29,094 bases of DNA from Eubacteriales bacterium (GTDB taxonomy: Bacteria > Bacillota > Clostridia > Oscillospirales > UMGS1783), in the NCBI GenBank assembly GCA_045612825.1, contig JAZKZU010000029.1, forward strand, positions 1-29,094, in the 5' to 3' direction. Shown piece by piece: positions 17,667 through 25,398 of this stretch. The notes under the pieces are model-generated. The model made no database searches and was not told the origin of the DNA. It saw only the letters and a list, made by a program, of their open reading frames with translations. Within the stretch, counting starts at the first letter, position 1. Each line of letters starts with the position of its first letter. Both the position numbers and the translations under genes were made by a program.

Positions 17667-20666
17667 ATGTTACAGTTAAAAAACATTAAGAAAGTATACG
17701 AGGCGGGCGAAAATTCGGTTCATGCCCTCAAAGGGATTTCCCTCTCGTTTCGTAAAAATGAATTTGTTTCCATTCTCGGTCCGTCGGGGTGCGGCAAGAC
17801 GACGATGCTCAACATTATCGGCGGTTTGGACGGATACACCGACGGCGATCTGATCATCAACGGTACCTCTACCAAGGACTATAAGGATCGGGATTGGGAC
17901 GCTTATCGCAACCATTCCATTGGTTTTGTTTTTCAGTCCTACAACCTCATCCCCCATCAGACGGTGCTCAAAAACGTGGAGCTGGCGCTGACGTTATCGG
18001 GTGTTAAGGCGAGTGAGCGCCGTGCCCGTGCCACCAAGGCGTTGATTGCGGTAGGTTTGGGCGATCAACTTAAAAAGAAGCCGGGCGAAATGTCGGGCGG
18101 GCAGATGCAGCGTGTGGCCATTGCCCGTGCGCTGGTTAACGACCCCGATATTATTCTGGCCGATGAGCCGACGGGTGCGCTGGACACCGAGACGAGCGTG
18201 CAGGTGATGGAACTGCTCAAAGAGATTGCCAAAGAAAAGCTGGTGATCATGGTCACCCACAATCCTGAGTTGGCGCAAGCCTATTCGACCCGTATCATCC
18301 GTATGCTGGACGGCGTGATCACGGCCGACTCGAACCCCCTTTCCGCCGACGAGGAGCAACCGAGCGCTCCCATGCCTCGACGCAAAAAGAGTCAAAAGAA
18401 GCCGTCGATGTCCTTCTTTACTTCGTTCGGATTATCGCTGACCAACCTGTTTACCAAAAAGGGACGGACGGTGCTGACCTCGTTTGCCGGCAGCATCGGC
18501 ATTATCGGGATTGCGCTCATTTATGCCGTATCCCAAGGCATGACCGCCTACATCAATCAGATCCAGGAGGACACCCTTTCTTCCTACCCGCTTACCATTG
18601 AGGCGACGACGGTGGATCTGGGTACGCTTATGCAGACCTTTATGGGGGCGGCCACCTCGGCGCAGGAGCATGACAAGGACGCCATATACTCCCAGCCGGT
18701 ACTTTTCGATATGATCAACGCCCTTAACAACATGGAGGCTACCGAGAACGATCTGGAATCTTTTAAGGCGTTTATTGATGCCGAGTTGGCTTTGCCCGAC
18801 AGTGAACTGCAAGGGGCGTTGACGGGTGTGCAGTACACTTATGATCCTGAACTTTTGGTTTACACCAAGTGTCCGGACGGTACGATTGTGTATTCCGACA
18901 CCCAGCAGTTATTAACCGATGCCCTTTACGAGCATTTTGGTATGGACCTGACCAACATGATGAGTTTTGGTGAGGAGACGGGCATGATGAGTGAATCGAT
19001 GATGTCGCTCAATCCTGCCATGAGTTCCACCATTCTTTGGACGGAGATGCTGTCCGCCAAGAATGGTGACTTGATTAACCCCGTACTCAAAAATCAGTAC
19101 GAGGTGGTGTACGGCGAGTGGCCGACCAGTTACAACGAGATTGTGCTGGTGCTGGATGAGAACAATGAACTGGATGACATGACCCTTTACGCCTTAGGGC
19201 TTATGACCAAGGAAGAGGTGGATTCGGTTTTTGATTCGGTGCTCAACAAGAAGCCGCTGACCTCCACCCTGCAAAAGTGGCCATATGAGAAGATTCGGGA
19301 GATGGATTTCCGTGTGGTGCTCAATTCCGACTGCTACACCTTGGATGAGGGCACGGGGTTATACACCGATTTACGGCAGACCGATGCCGGCTTGCGTTAT
19401 CTCTATGATAATGCGCTGACCCTTAAGATTTCGGGCATTATTCGTCCTACTGAGGATGCCTCCTCGACCATGCTGAGCGGTTCGATTGCCTATACTAAGG
19501 CGCTGACCGAGTACATTATGAATCACGCCTCTGACTCCCCTGCCGTGCAGGCGCAGTTGGCCGATACCCGCACCGATGTCTTTTCGGGGCTGCCCTTCAA
19601 TGAAAACACGGGCACGCTGGATGATGCGACCAAGGAGGCGGCGTTGCGGGAGCATTTGGCCGGACTGGACACGGCAGGCAAGGCCAAGGCCTTTATTGAC
19701 ATTATGAGCGTTCCCTCTGCCGAGCAGTTGCAGGCGTCCGTTGATCAATCGCTCTCGGCCATGGACCGTGCCGCCCGTGAGCAGGCGATTCAGTCGGCGC
19801 TGACTTCCCAGATGGGCATGAAGGAATCGGAGCTGGAAGAGTACATTACCGACATGAGCGACGAGGATTTGGAAGAACTGATGCGGGAAATGATCGAAGC
19901 GCAGGTGCGCATGCAGATGGCGGCGCAGGTACAGGCGCAGATGGCCAACGTTCCTGCACCCATGCTGGCGGCTCAGCTGGATGCGGCTCTTCCGAACTAT
20001 ACGACCGAGCAATGCGCTCTCTACTACGATGAGATTCTGGAATTTTCCGAGTCCTCGTTAGAGGCCAATCTGATTGAACTGGGTTACGTTGATCTCAATT
20101 CGCCGGCCACAGTCAATCTTTACGCCTCCTCCTTTGAGAACAAAGATACGGTGGAAGCGGTAATTGCCCGCTATAACGAGAGTCGTGAGGAGTTGCAGCA
20201 GGTACACTACACCGACTACGTGGGCATTATGATGAGTTCGATCACCACCATTATTGATGCCATCACCTATATTCTCATTGCGTTTGTGGCCATTTCGCTG
20301 GTGGTATCCTCCATTATGATTGGGGTAATCACCTTGATTTCGGTACAGGAGCGCACCAAGGAGATCGGTATTCTGCGGGCCATTGGCGCCAGCAAGCGTA
20401 ACGTATCGAGCATGTTCAATGCGGAGACCATGATCATCGGCTTTACTTCGGGGCTGGTTGGCGTGGGGTTGACCTATCTGCTGTGCCTACCCATCAATGC
20501 CATCATCCAAGCGCTGACGGGTATTCCCAATTTGCGAGCCGCTCTGCCGATTCCGGTGGCGGCTGTTCTGATCCTGATCAGCATGGGGCTGACCCTGCTA
20601 TCGGGCATCATTCCCTCCCGCAGTGCCGCCCGCAAAGACCCTGTTGTGGCGCTACGAACCGAGTAA
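17667..20666 (+). CDS. MacB-like fused ABC transporter (ATPase + FtsX permease with large extracellular domain)
   Basis: [87 protein letters not shown] favours ATG 17667. Confidence 0.93.
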   Translation: MLQLKNIKKVYEAGENSVHALKGISLSFRKNEFVSILGPSGCGKTTMLNIIGGLDGYTDGDLIINGTSTKDYKDRDWDAYRNHSIGFVFQSYNLIPHQTVLKNVELALTLSGVKASERRARATKALIAVGLGDQLKKKPGEMSGGQMQRVAIARALVNDPDIILADEPTGALDTETSVQVMELLKEIAKEKLVIMVTHNPELAQAYSTRIIRMLDGVITADSNPLSADEEQPSAPMPRRKKSQKKPSMSFFTSFGLSLTNLFTKKGRTVLTSFAGSIGIIGIALIYAVSQGMTAYINQIQEDTLSSYPLTIEATTVDLGTLMQTFMGAATSAQEHDKDAIYSQPVLFDMINALNNMEATENDLESFKAFIDAELALPDSELQGALTGVQYTYDPELLVYTKCPDGTIVYSDTQQLLTDALYEHFGMDLTNMMSFGEETGMMSESMMSLNPAMSSTILWTEMLSAKNGDLINPVLKNQYEVVYGEWPTSYNEIVLVLDENNELDDMTLYALGLMTKEEVDSVFDSVLNKKPLTSTLQKWPYEKIREMDFRVVLNSDCYTLDEGTGLYTDLRQTDAGLRYLYDNALTLKISGIIRPTEDASSTMLSGSIAYTKALTEYIMNHASDSPAVQAQLADTRTDVFSGLPFNENTGTLDDATKEAALREHLAGLDTAGKAKAFIDIMSVPSAEQLQASVDQSLSAMDRAAREQAIQSALTSQMGMKESELEEYITDMSDEDLEELMREMIEAQVRMQMAAQVQAQMANVPAPMLAAQLDAALPNYTTEQCALYYDEILEFSESSLEANLIELGYVDLNSPATVNLYASSFENKDTVEAVIARYNESREELQQVHYTDYVGIMMSSITTIIDAITYILIAFVAISLVVSSIMIGVITLISVQERTKEIGILRAIGASKRNVSSMFNAETMIIGFTSGLVGVGLTYLLCLPINAIIQALTGIPNLRAALPIPVAAVLILISMGLTLLSGIIPSRSAARKDPVVALRTE

Positions 20667-20701
20667 CAAAATAAGGAGCAAGCATTACGCTTGCTCCTTT
20701 T
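20662..20701 (+). repeat. Boundary repeat copy 1 (hairpin AAGGAGCAAGC-ATTAC-GCTTGCTCCTT); contains the ABC gene stop codon
   Basis: 39/40 identical to 23469-23508; the hairpin core recurs at 24084-24110. Confidence 0.9.
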
Positions 20702-20702
20702 G

Positions 20703-21512
20703 CTATATCTTCTTCTTCCCACAACTATGGCAAACATTTTCATATCTTGTGTTGATGTTGCCGCAATATATGCAATGCCATTGTCCTCGATAATCTTTTC
20801 TTCTCCCGTCATTTAGCGGATATTTTTTTATTGCTTCCTTATCCGGTATCTCCTTCTGCATCTGATCTATTTCCCTATAAATTTGCTCTAATTCCTCTCT
20901 CTTCTTCTTATGCAATTCTCCAATTGTTAAAAATTCAATATTCCTTTGGGCTCCACAATCAAAACAAAGCATTCTTGTTGCTTCATTTATTTGTCCGCAC
21001 GACTCACAGTGCCAATCAAAGCGAGCATTAACTGCAGGAACAAGTTTATCCTCACCTTGACTAATCATTTCTTCTTGTATCTTTTGATATTCTTCTTCCT
21101 TTTCTGCCTTTTTTTCTTTCAACTGCATATATGCCATTATGACCTCAATGGGAATCTGCAATTGAGAATTATTATCTTCTTGATTTAATAGAGAAATTTC
21201 TCGCACCACATAGTGTTTCCATTGTTCCTTCTCGGAAATGTCTTCAACCATTTTCCCTATCTGCGCCGTTTTTTCCAAAAACTCTTTTAACAGCTCTCTA
21301 TATGTAGTTTCATTCTCATCTTGCTGGTTGTTTATTCTCTCTCTATATAGAAGTTCTACTATCTCATCACAACAAAGTTGATTTCTCAACCATATGCGAT
21401 ATAATGCCTGCAATTTAATAATGTCCTCTCTATCCTCTGGAAAAACAGAGTCTACACTTATGTTTGCCAGCACTCCAATAGCTGTTTCCTTCCACGCATT
21501 TTTTGGTAACAT
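20703..21512 (-). CDS. Hypothetical coiled-coil protein with two RanBP2-type zinc fingers
   Basis: WHCESCGQINEATRMLCFDC and WHCIYCGNINTRYENVCHSC both fit W-x-C-x2-C-x3-N-x6-C-x2-C. GAGGG RBS places the start at 21512. Confidence 0.78.
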   Translation of the reverse strand: MLPKNAWKETAIGVLANISVDSVFPEDREDIIKLQALYRIWLRNQLCCDEIVELLYRERINNQQDENETTYRELLKEFLEKTAQIGKMVEDISEKEQWKHYVVREISLLNQEDNNSQLQIPIEVIMAYMQLKEKKAEKEEEYQKIQEEMISQGEDKLVPAVNARFDWHCESCGQINEATRMLCFDCGAQRNIEFLTIGELHKKKREELEQIYREIDQMQKEIPDKEAIKKYPLNDGRRKDYRGQWHCIYCGNINTRYENVCHSCGKKKI

Positions 21513-21523
21513 GTTTTTCCCTC

Positions 21524-22123
21524 TCATTTCATTATGTTTCGTCCACACTTCTGGCAATATAAACTGTCTGCTGGGATTTTCTCTCCACAAAACCGACAAT
21601 ATATCTCTTCTTTTCTAGTCTGGAGTTGTTCCACTTTTGCTGTTTCATTTTTGAAATATTCTCTTGCCCCTAAATCGCCTTTTATTCGAAGCTTTTTTAC
21701 CTTCCTGCCATTTAGTCTATAAATTGTAAAAATTGTCGCTATTTGTGTCATAATTATGAGAAAAATAAACAGGCCTATCTTATTTTCCTTGTTTTCAATA
21801 AAAACTATAATTCCTACAATAAACACTGTAGTTAGATATCCGCCCGTCATTCCTATGAAAAACTTTAGAATATCGCCTTGTTCCCATGTCTTCCATGTTG
21901 CTCTTATATAAATAAATATTGTCACTAAAAATGATAGCACAGATGAAATTATAAAGTCGCGCCACTCCCCATTTTCATACAAACTTGCTATTCCGCCAAG
22001 AAAGTAAATCACAGAAGCTATTCCGAAAAAAAGAATTACTACTGATATAATATTCCAAAAATTTGCTTTCTCTCGCGCTATTTCTGGGTCTTGATTTGTT
22101 ATGTCATACCATATTCTTCCCAT
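21524..22123 (-). CDS. Membrane protein (about 4 TM) with C-terminal zinc ribbon
   Basis: Four hydrophobic segments; C-terminal YCRFCGEKIPADSLYCQKCG; AAGGAAGG RBS. Confidence 0.8.
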   Translation of the reverse strand: MGRIWYDITNQDPEIAREKANFWNIISVVILFFGIASVIYFLGGIASLYENGEWRDFIISSVLSFLVTIFIYIRATWKTWEQGDILKFFIGMTGGYLTTVFIVGIIVFIENKENKIGLFIFLIIMTQIATIFTIYRLNGRKVKKLRIKGDLGAREYFKNETAKVEQLQTRKEEIYCRFCGEKIPADSLYCQKCGRNIMK

Positions 22124-22125
22124 TA

Positions 22126-23133
22126 TTATCCCTTCCTTATTTCAGTTCCACACTTATTACAGAATCTGCTATCTCCAGGTAATTTTTCTCCGCATTTTCT
22201 ACAGAAAATGCTCTGCTTCTCTTCATTAAGTTGTTTTTCTTTCTCATTTTCTTCTTGTTCATCCTGCTTTGCATTTCTCTTTTTCCCTAAATCCTTGTTG
22301 TGTTCGATTTGAATAATCGCTTGATCACGGTATGTCTCTAGGTCTTCATTTATAATTTCGTATTCTTCTGGGAAAAATGCCCTTATATTGTTTTTCTCTT
22401 TGTATTGTATTGCACCTGTACAGCCATACGCAATATATTTTGCATCAAATAACTCTATTTCCTTTTGCAATATTTTCTTTGATATTTCCTTTTTTTCCTT
22501 GTCGTATGCGAGCCCTGCTTCATCTTTTTTCTTTTTTATTTCTTGAATACGCCGATCCGCTTCCTTTTTTGCTTTAAAGTCGAATATGCCTAATTGTTCT
22601 CGCATATTTAATAATTGATTATATTCTTCTGTTAGTTTCTGAAACAATATATTGTTTTTGCTTTTTTTTAAATCATGCTGTAGTTGATCTATGTCTATAT
22701 TGTTTTTTGTCAATGCCTTTTTTGCCGCCAATACAAGTTCTGGATGTTTGCGTATTTCATTTATATTATCTATTATTTCATCAATGCATACTTCGCTCCA
22801 TGCAAGGGCTTCATCAGAAGAAAAAAAATATTGCACTCTGTGTTTTTTCATGCCATTTTCTTTTTCCCATTTTTCCTTTTGTTTGCACAATGGACAATAC
22901 TCGTAATAACTATCAAAAATCCGCATTGCCTTTATTTGCGTAGGTTGCTTGCAAAAATCTTGTAATTTGTCAATTGTGTTTTTTTGCGCTTTTTCTTCTG
23001 CCTCTCTTTCTGTTCTCCCCACTCCTTTACCTGTAACTTCAACCATCCTAACCATAGGATATTCACAAGAAGAACACGTATATCCAATATATGCTCTTGT
23101 TTTGCTTGTTACCGAATAATATGTGCCTGTCAT
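22126..23133 (-). CDS. Hypothetical protein with N-terminal Cys pairs, coiled coil and C-terminal zinc ribbon
   Basis: CSSC...CPLC near the N-terminus; K/E-rich helical middle; FCRKCGEKLPGDSRFCNKCG at the C-terminus. GGGAGAG RBS places the start at 23133. Confidence 0.8.
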   Translation of the reverse strand: MTGTYYSVTSKTRAYIGYTCSSCEYPMVRMVEVTGKGVGRTEREAEEKAQKNTIDKLQDFCKQPTQIKAMRIFDSYYEYCPLCKQKEKWEKENGMKKHRVQYFFSSDEALAWSEVCIDEIIDNINEIRKHPELVLAAKKALTKNNIDIDQLQHDLKKSKNNILFQKLTEEYNQLLNMREQLGIFDFKAKKEADRRIQEIKKKKDEAGLAYDKEKKEISKKILQKEIELFDAKYIAYGCTGAIQYKEKNNIRAFFPEEYEIINEDLETYRDQAIIQIEHNKDLGKKRNAKQDEQEENEKEKQLNEEKQSIFCRKCGEKLPGDSRFCNKCGTEIRKG

Positions 23134-23169
23134 TATACTCTCTCCCTTTTTTCTCATACAAGCTACTTT

Positions 23170-23206
23170 TTACCCCATTTGAGTTTATTTTAACTTAAAG
23201 GGGTAA
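23170..23206. promoter_or_regulatory. Imperfect palindrome in divergent intergenic region (candidate operator)
   Basis: TTACCCC-ATTTGAGTT-tatttt-AACTTAAA-GGGGTAA, between the zinc-ribbon operon and the XRE gene. Confidence 0.4.
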
Positions 23207-23256
23207 GTTTTGCAAGAGGAAATGGGTATTCTTTTATTAGAAAAGAGGTGATACCC

Positions 23257-23376
23257 ATGACCATAGGTGAAGCGGTCAGAGATCGGATCTTGGAATTATG
23301 CGATCAACACGATCTTTCGATCAATAAATTATGCACGCTCAGTGGCGTAACACAGTCATACCCACAGAAGGCATAA
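23257..23376 (+). pseudogene. Truncated XRE-family HTH regulator (not in the ORF track)
   Basis: GAGGTG RBS; MTIGEAVRDRILELCDQHDLSINKLCTLSGVTQS matches the small clostridial XRE family. The frame then enters the repeat (YPQKA*) where the recognition helix should continue. Confidence 0.82.
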
Positions 23377-23438
23377 ACGCCAAAGCATACGTTTTTACCA
23401 AAAGTATGCCATCTGTGAGTCATATTAAACCGTGTAGC
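23350..23438 (-). ncRNA. Candidate structured ncRNA, copy A (3' end lost by fusion to the XRE gene)
   Basis: 86/89 identical to copy B; the differences are structure-neutral; lies downstream of a matching promoter. Confidence 0.45.
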
Positions 23439-23444
23439 ATGGTT

Positions 23445-23473
23445 ATTATATCACATTTCTTTTTATTTAGTAA
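23445..23473 (-). promoter_or_regulatory. sigmaA promoter, repeat copy A
   Basis: TTACTA, 17-nt spacer, TATAAT with extended TG. Confidence 0.6.
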
Positions 23474-23508
23474 CAAAAAAAGGAGCAAGCATTACGCTTG
23501 CTCCTTTT
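23469..23508 (+). repeat. Boundary repeat copy 2 (hairpin; also a plausible bidirectional terminator)
   Basis: AGTAACAAAAAAAGGAGCAAGC-ATTAC-GCTTGCTCCTTTT. Confidence 0.9.
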
Positions 23509-23509
23509 T

Positions 23510-23884
23510 TTATCGACACTTGGAACAGGGACGGTACCCCATCTGTTCCAGCTGTTCCACATTATAGCCCCAAAAGAAAGTATCGTCAAAATCCTCGCAC
23601 CCATACGCATGATACCGCTTATCCGATTCGTCTATCAATCCTATACAGTCTTCGTAGAACTGCAACTGTCTTTGCGCTTGCAGTTGATCGGCGAAAATCT
23701 TTATCTTTGATTCGTGTTCCATTTGCCGTTGTGCCTTTTCAAACTGCAAATCTGAGGACAACTCCTTGATCTGTTGTTCTTGTCTTTGGCATACTTGGCT
23801 CCCATATCCTATGGCAACGAATAACAACAAGATCAGGACGACAAGAATACAATCCCACCAACGCCATCCGTGTTTCTTTTTCAT
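23510..23884 (-). CDS. Small membrane-anchored protein with coiled coil and C-terminal His/Cys metal-binding motif (Ada-metal-binding-like)
   Basis: AGGAG RBS with ATG 23884; N-terminal TM segment (WWDCILVVLILLLFVAIG); YHAYGC...GYRPCSKC. Confidence 0.75.
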   Translation of the reverse strand: MKKKHGWRWWDCILVVLILLLFVAIGYGSQVCQRQEQQIKELSSDLQFEKAQRQMEHESKIKIFADQLQAQRQLQFYEDCIGLIDESDKRYHAYGCEDFDDTFFWGYNVEQLEQMGYRPCSKCR

Positions 23885-23897
23885 GCTGTGTGCTCCT

Positions 23898-23929
23898 AAA
23901 TAAAAAGTGTGCAGCCAAAGACTGCACAC
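23898..23929 (-). terminator. Intrinsic terminator ending the candidate ncRNA, just upstream of the RBS of 23510..23884
   Basis: Minus strand GTGTGCAGTC-ttt-GGCTGCACAC followed by TTTTTATTT. Confidence 0.75.
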
Positions 23930-24045
23930 CGAAAAATGCAGCCCGGCTCCGTTGCTACACAGTCATACCCACAGAAGGCATAATCGCCAAAGCATACATT
24001 TTTACCAAAAGTATGCCATCTGTGAGTCATATTAAACTGTGTAGC
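23900..24045 (-). ncRNA. Candidate structured ncRNA or attenuator leader, intact copy B (~146 nt; 92-nt rod at 24045-23954)
   Basis: Has its own promoter, with predicted +1 at the first base of a 10-bp terminal stem GCTACACAGT/ACTGTGTAGC. Inner stems ACTCACAGA/TCTGTGGGT and GGCATA/TATGCC; own terminator; duplicated in the window. Confidence 0.55.
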
Positions 24046-24051
24046 GTGATT

Positions 24052-24080
24052 ATTATATCACATTTCTTTTTATTTAGCAA
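24052..24080 (-). promoter_or_regulatory. sigmaA promoter, repeat copy B
   Basis: TTGCTA (24080-24075), 17-nt spacer, TATAAT (24057-24052) with extended TG. Confidence 0.7.
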
Positions 24081-24083
24081 CAA

Positions 24084-24110
24084 AAAGAGCAAGCATTACG
24101 CTTGCTCTTT
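24084..24110 (+). repeat. Boundary repeat copy 3 (hairpin AAAGAGCAAGC-ATTAC-GCTTGCTCTTT); the MFS stop codon lies in its loop
   Basis: Same core and loop as copies 1 and 2, with a compensatory G-C to A-T change in both arms. Confidence 0.88.
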
Positions 24111-25340
24111 GTTCTTTTTGAAGTATCGCATCAAAATCAATAGCACAATAACGCCCAATATGGGGAAGACGGCACTGGTCAACATTCCGGCTTTCATGCC
24201 GATCTGGTCGACCGTCATGCCTGTGGATTGGCTGAGTGTTTGCGCCATGGGGGAAGCCGCCACCGTATCGATCACCACGCCCATCATCTGCGGGGCGACC
24301 GAGGCGCCCAAGTCGCCGCCGACGGCCATCAGGGCAAAGGCGACCACGCCTGCGCCTTCCACGTTTTCTTCCATGGCGATCAACATACCGGGCCAGAGCA
24401 TAGAAGTAAAGACGCCGGTGAGGATGCAGGCCACGAAGGAGATGGCGACGTTTCCTATCAGCCCTACCGTCAGATAGCAGGCGACCGCTCCGATCATGCC
24501 GACAAGCAGAGTCGGCAAAATTTTCTTGCCGAATTTGGCGTAGGCGATACGGGACAGGCCCAAGAGAATGGCAAACATGGCCAGACCCAGCACATCGCCC
24601 AAGGCCTTATCGATGCCAAGGGCCGTTTCCATAAAGCCCGACACCCAACTGGTCATGGCGTTTTCGGCGCAACTGCCAAAGAAGATGCCGCCAAAGCATA
24701 GCGCCAAGCCGATTACACGGCGTTTGATAGTGCTTTGGCGTTTTGTTGTTTCGGGTGCGGTCATATCCGGCATCGGCGAACGGGCAAACAACAGGGCGGC
24801 CACGATCGGCCAAGCGGCCAGAATCAAGGTTAAAATCTGCCAATGCTCCTTGCCGAATACTTTGAGAAACAGCGTACTGAACACCACAACGGTAAAGACA
24901 CCAAAGGCGTAAAGCGAATGGAGCAAACTCATATCCCGTTGAGGGTTATCGGACGGGATGGCGGCAATGGTGGGGCTGAGCAACACCTCAGACAGTCCTG
25001 CCGACACCGAAAAAATGACCGTACCAATCACCAGTCCCGCATAGACCTGATCGGGAAACCACATCGGCAACAGGGCATACAGGGCCAGACCTGCCGTGGT
25101 GATCAGCGGCATCAGCCACAGAATCCGATCGACCCGCCAGCGTTTACCGAACAGGGTAAAGGCCAGATCGACAGCCATTTGGGTGAAGAAATTGACCAGC
25201 ACCAACGTGCCGAGCAAGGTGTAGGATATGCCGTACATTTCGTGCAAGGGCACCAGCAACACCGGCGGCAAGCCAAAAATAGATGCCATGGTAAAATAGG
25301 CCGAATAGCAGGCCAGCTTTGTTCTTTTATACTTAGGCAT
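24096..25340 (-). CDS. MFS transporter
   Basis: About 12 hydrophobic segments; SPTIAAIPSDNPQRDMSLLHSLYAFG; GDLGASVAP. AAGGAAG RBS places the start at 25340. Confidence 0.88.
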   Translation of the reverse strand: MPKYKRTKLACYSAYFTMASIFGLPPVLLVPLHEMYGISYTLLGTLVLVNFFTQMAVDLAFTLFGKRWRVDRILWLMPLITTAGLALYALLPMWFPDQVYAGLVIGTVIFSVSAGLSEVLLSPTIAAIPSDNPQRDMSLLHSLYAFGVFTVVVFSTLFLKVFGKEHWQILTLILAAWPIVAALLFARSPMPDMTAPETTKRQSTIKRRVIGLALCFGGIFFGSCAENAMTSWVSGFMETALGIDKALGDVLGLAMFAILLGLSRIAYAKFGKKILPTLLVGMIGAVACYLTVGLIGNVAISFVACILTGVFTSMLWPGMLIAMEENVEGAGVVAFALMAVGGDLGASVAPQMMGVVIDTVAASPMAQTLSQSTGMTVDQIGMKAGMLTSAVFPILGVIVLLILMRYFKKNKEQA

Positions 25341-25369
25341 TTTCTTTCTTCCTTTTTTATACTGCCCGA

Positions 25370-25398
25370 ATTGTACCACAAGGCACGAAAAAAAGCAA
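25370..25398 (-). promoter_or_regulatory. sigmaA promoter for MFS gene
   Basis: TTGCTT, 17-nt spacer, TACAAT with extended TG; the -35 lies inside the 25390-25416 hairpin arm. Confidence 0.55.

Larger units (their letters stand above)
23350..23508 (+). repeat. ~155-bp direct repeat, copy A (structured element + promoter + hairpin)
   Basis: Aligns to 23957-24110 with 7 substitutions and a 3-nt indel by manual alignment. Confidence 0.92.
20702..24083. mobile_element. AT-rich accessory island of two repeat-bounded modules (no integrase seen)
   Basis: Abrupt GC drop (sampled 60-nt lines 25% and 45% GC inside, versus 65% in the ABC gene), direct repeats at both ends and internally, and a truncated XRE gene. 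Mobility itself is inferred. Confidence 0.6.
23957..24110 (+). repeat. ~155-bp direct repeat, copy B
   Basis: Partner of 23350-23508. Confidence 0.92.

Noticed and set aside
19640-19990. Q/M/E-rich low-complexity stretch in the ABC transporter as an inserted element or intein
   Set aside because: It is in frame, helical, within the extracellular domain typical of these fused transporters, and has no intein or IS motifs.
23896-24030. Cys-rich short ORF MTHRWHTFGKNVCFG... inside the repeated element (minus strand)
   Set aside because: No RBS, the start lies inside the predicted structure, and the two copies diverge in C-terminus and stop. Not excluded as a leader peptide, but unsupported.
23954-24045. 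92-nt palindrome as a classical integron attC site or tRNA
   Set aside because: Lacks RYYYAAC/GTTRRRY ends and any intI in the window; no cloverleaf, T-loop or CCA. The promoter/+1/terminator geometry fits a transcript better.
20662-24110. Three near-identical ~27-40 nt palindromic repeats as a CRISPR array
   Set aside because: Spacing is 2.8 kb and 0.6 kb with whole genes between, not 25-45 nt spacers; no cas genes.
23890-24477. 195-aa plus-strand ORF across the repeat and the MFS 3' end (also 23331..23567)
   Set aside because: No RBS, it crosses hairpins and promoters, and the similarity between the two ORFs only reflects the DNA repeat.
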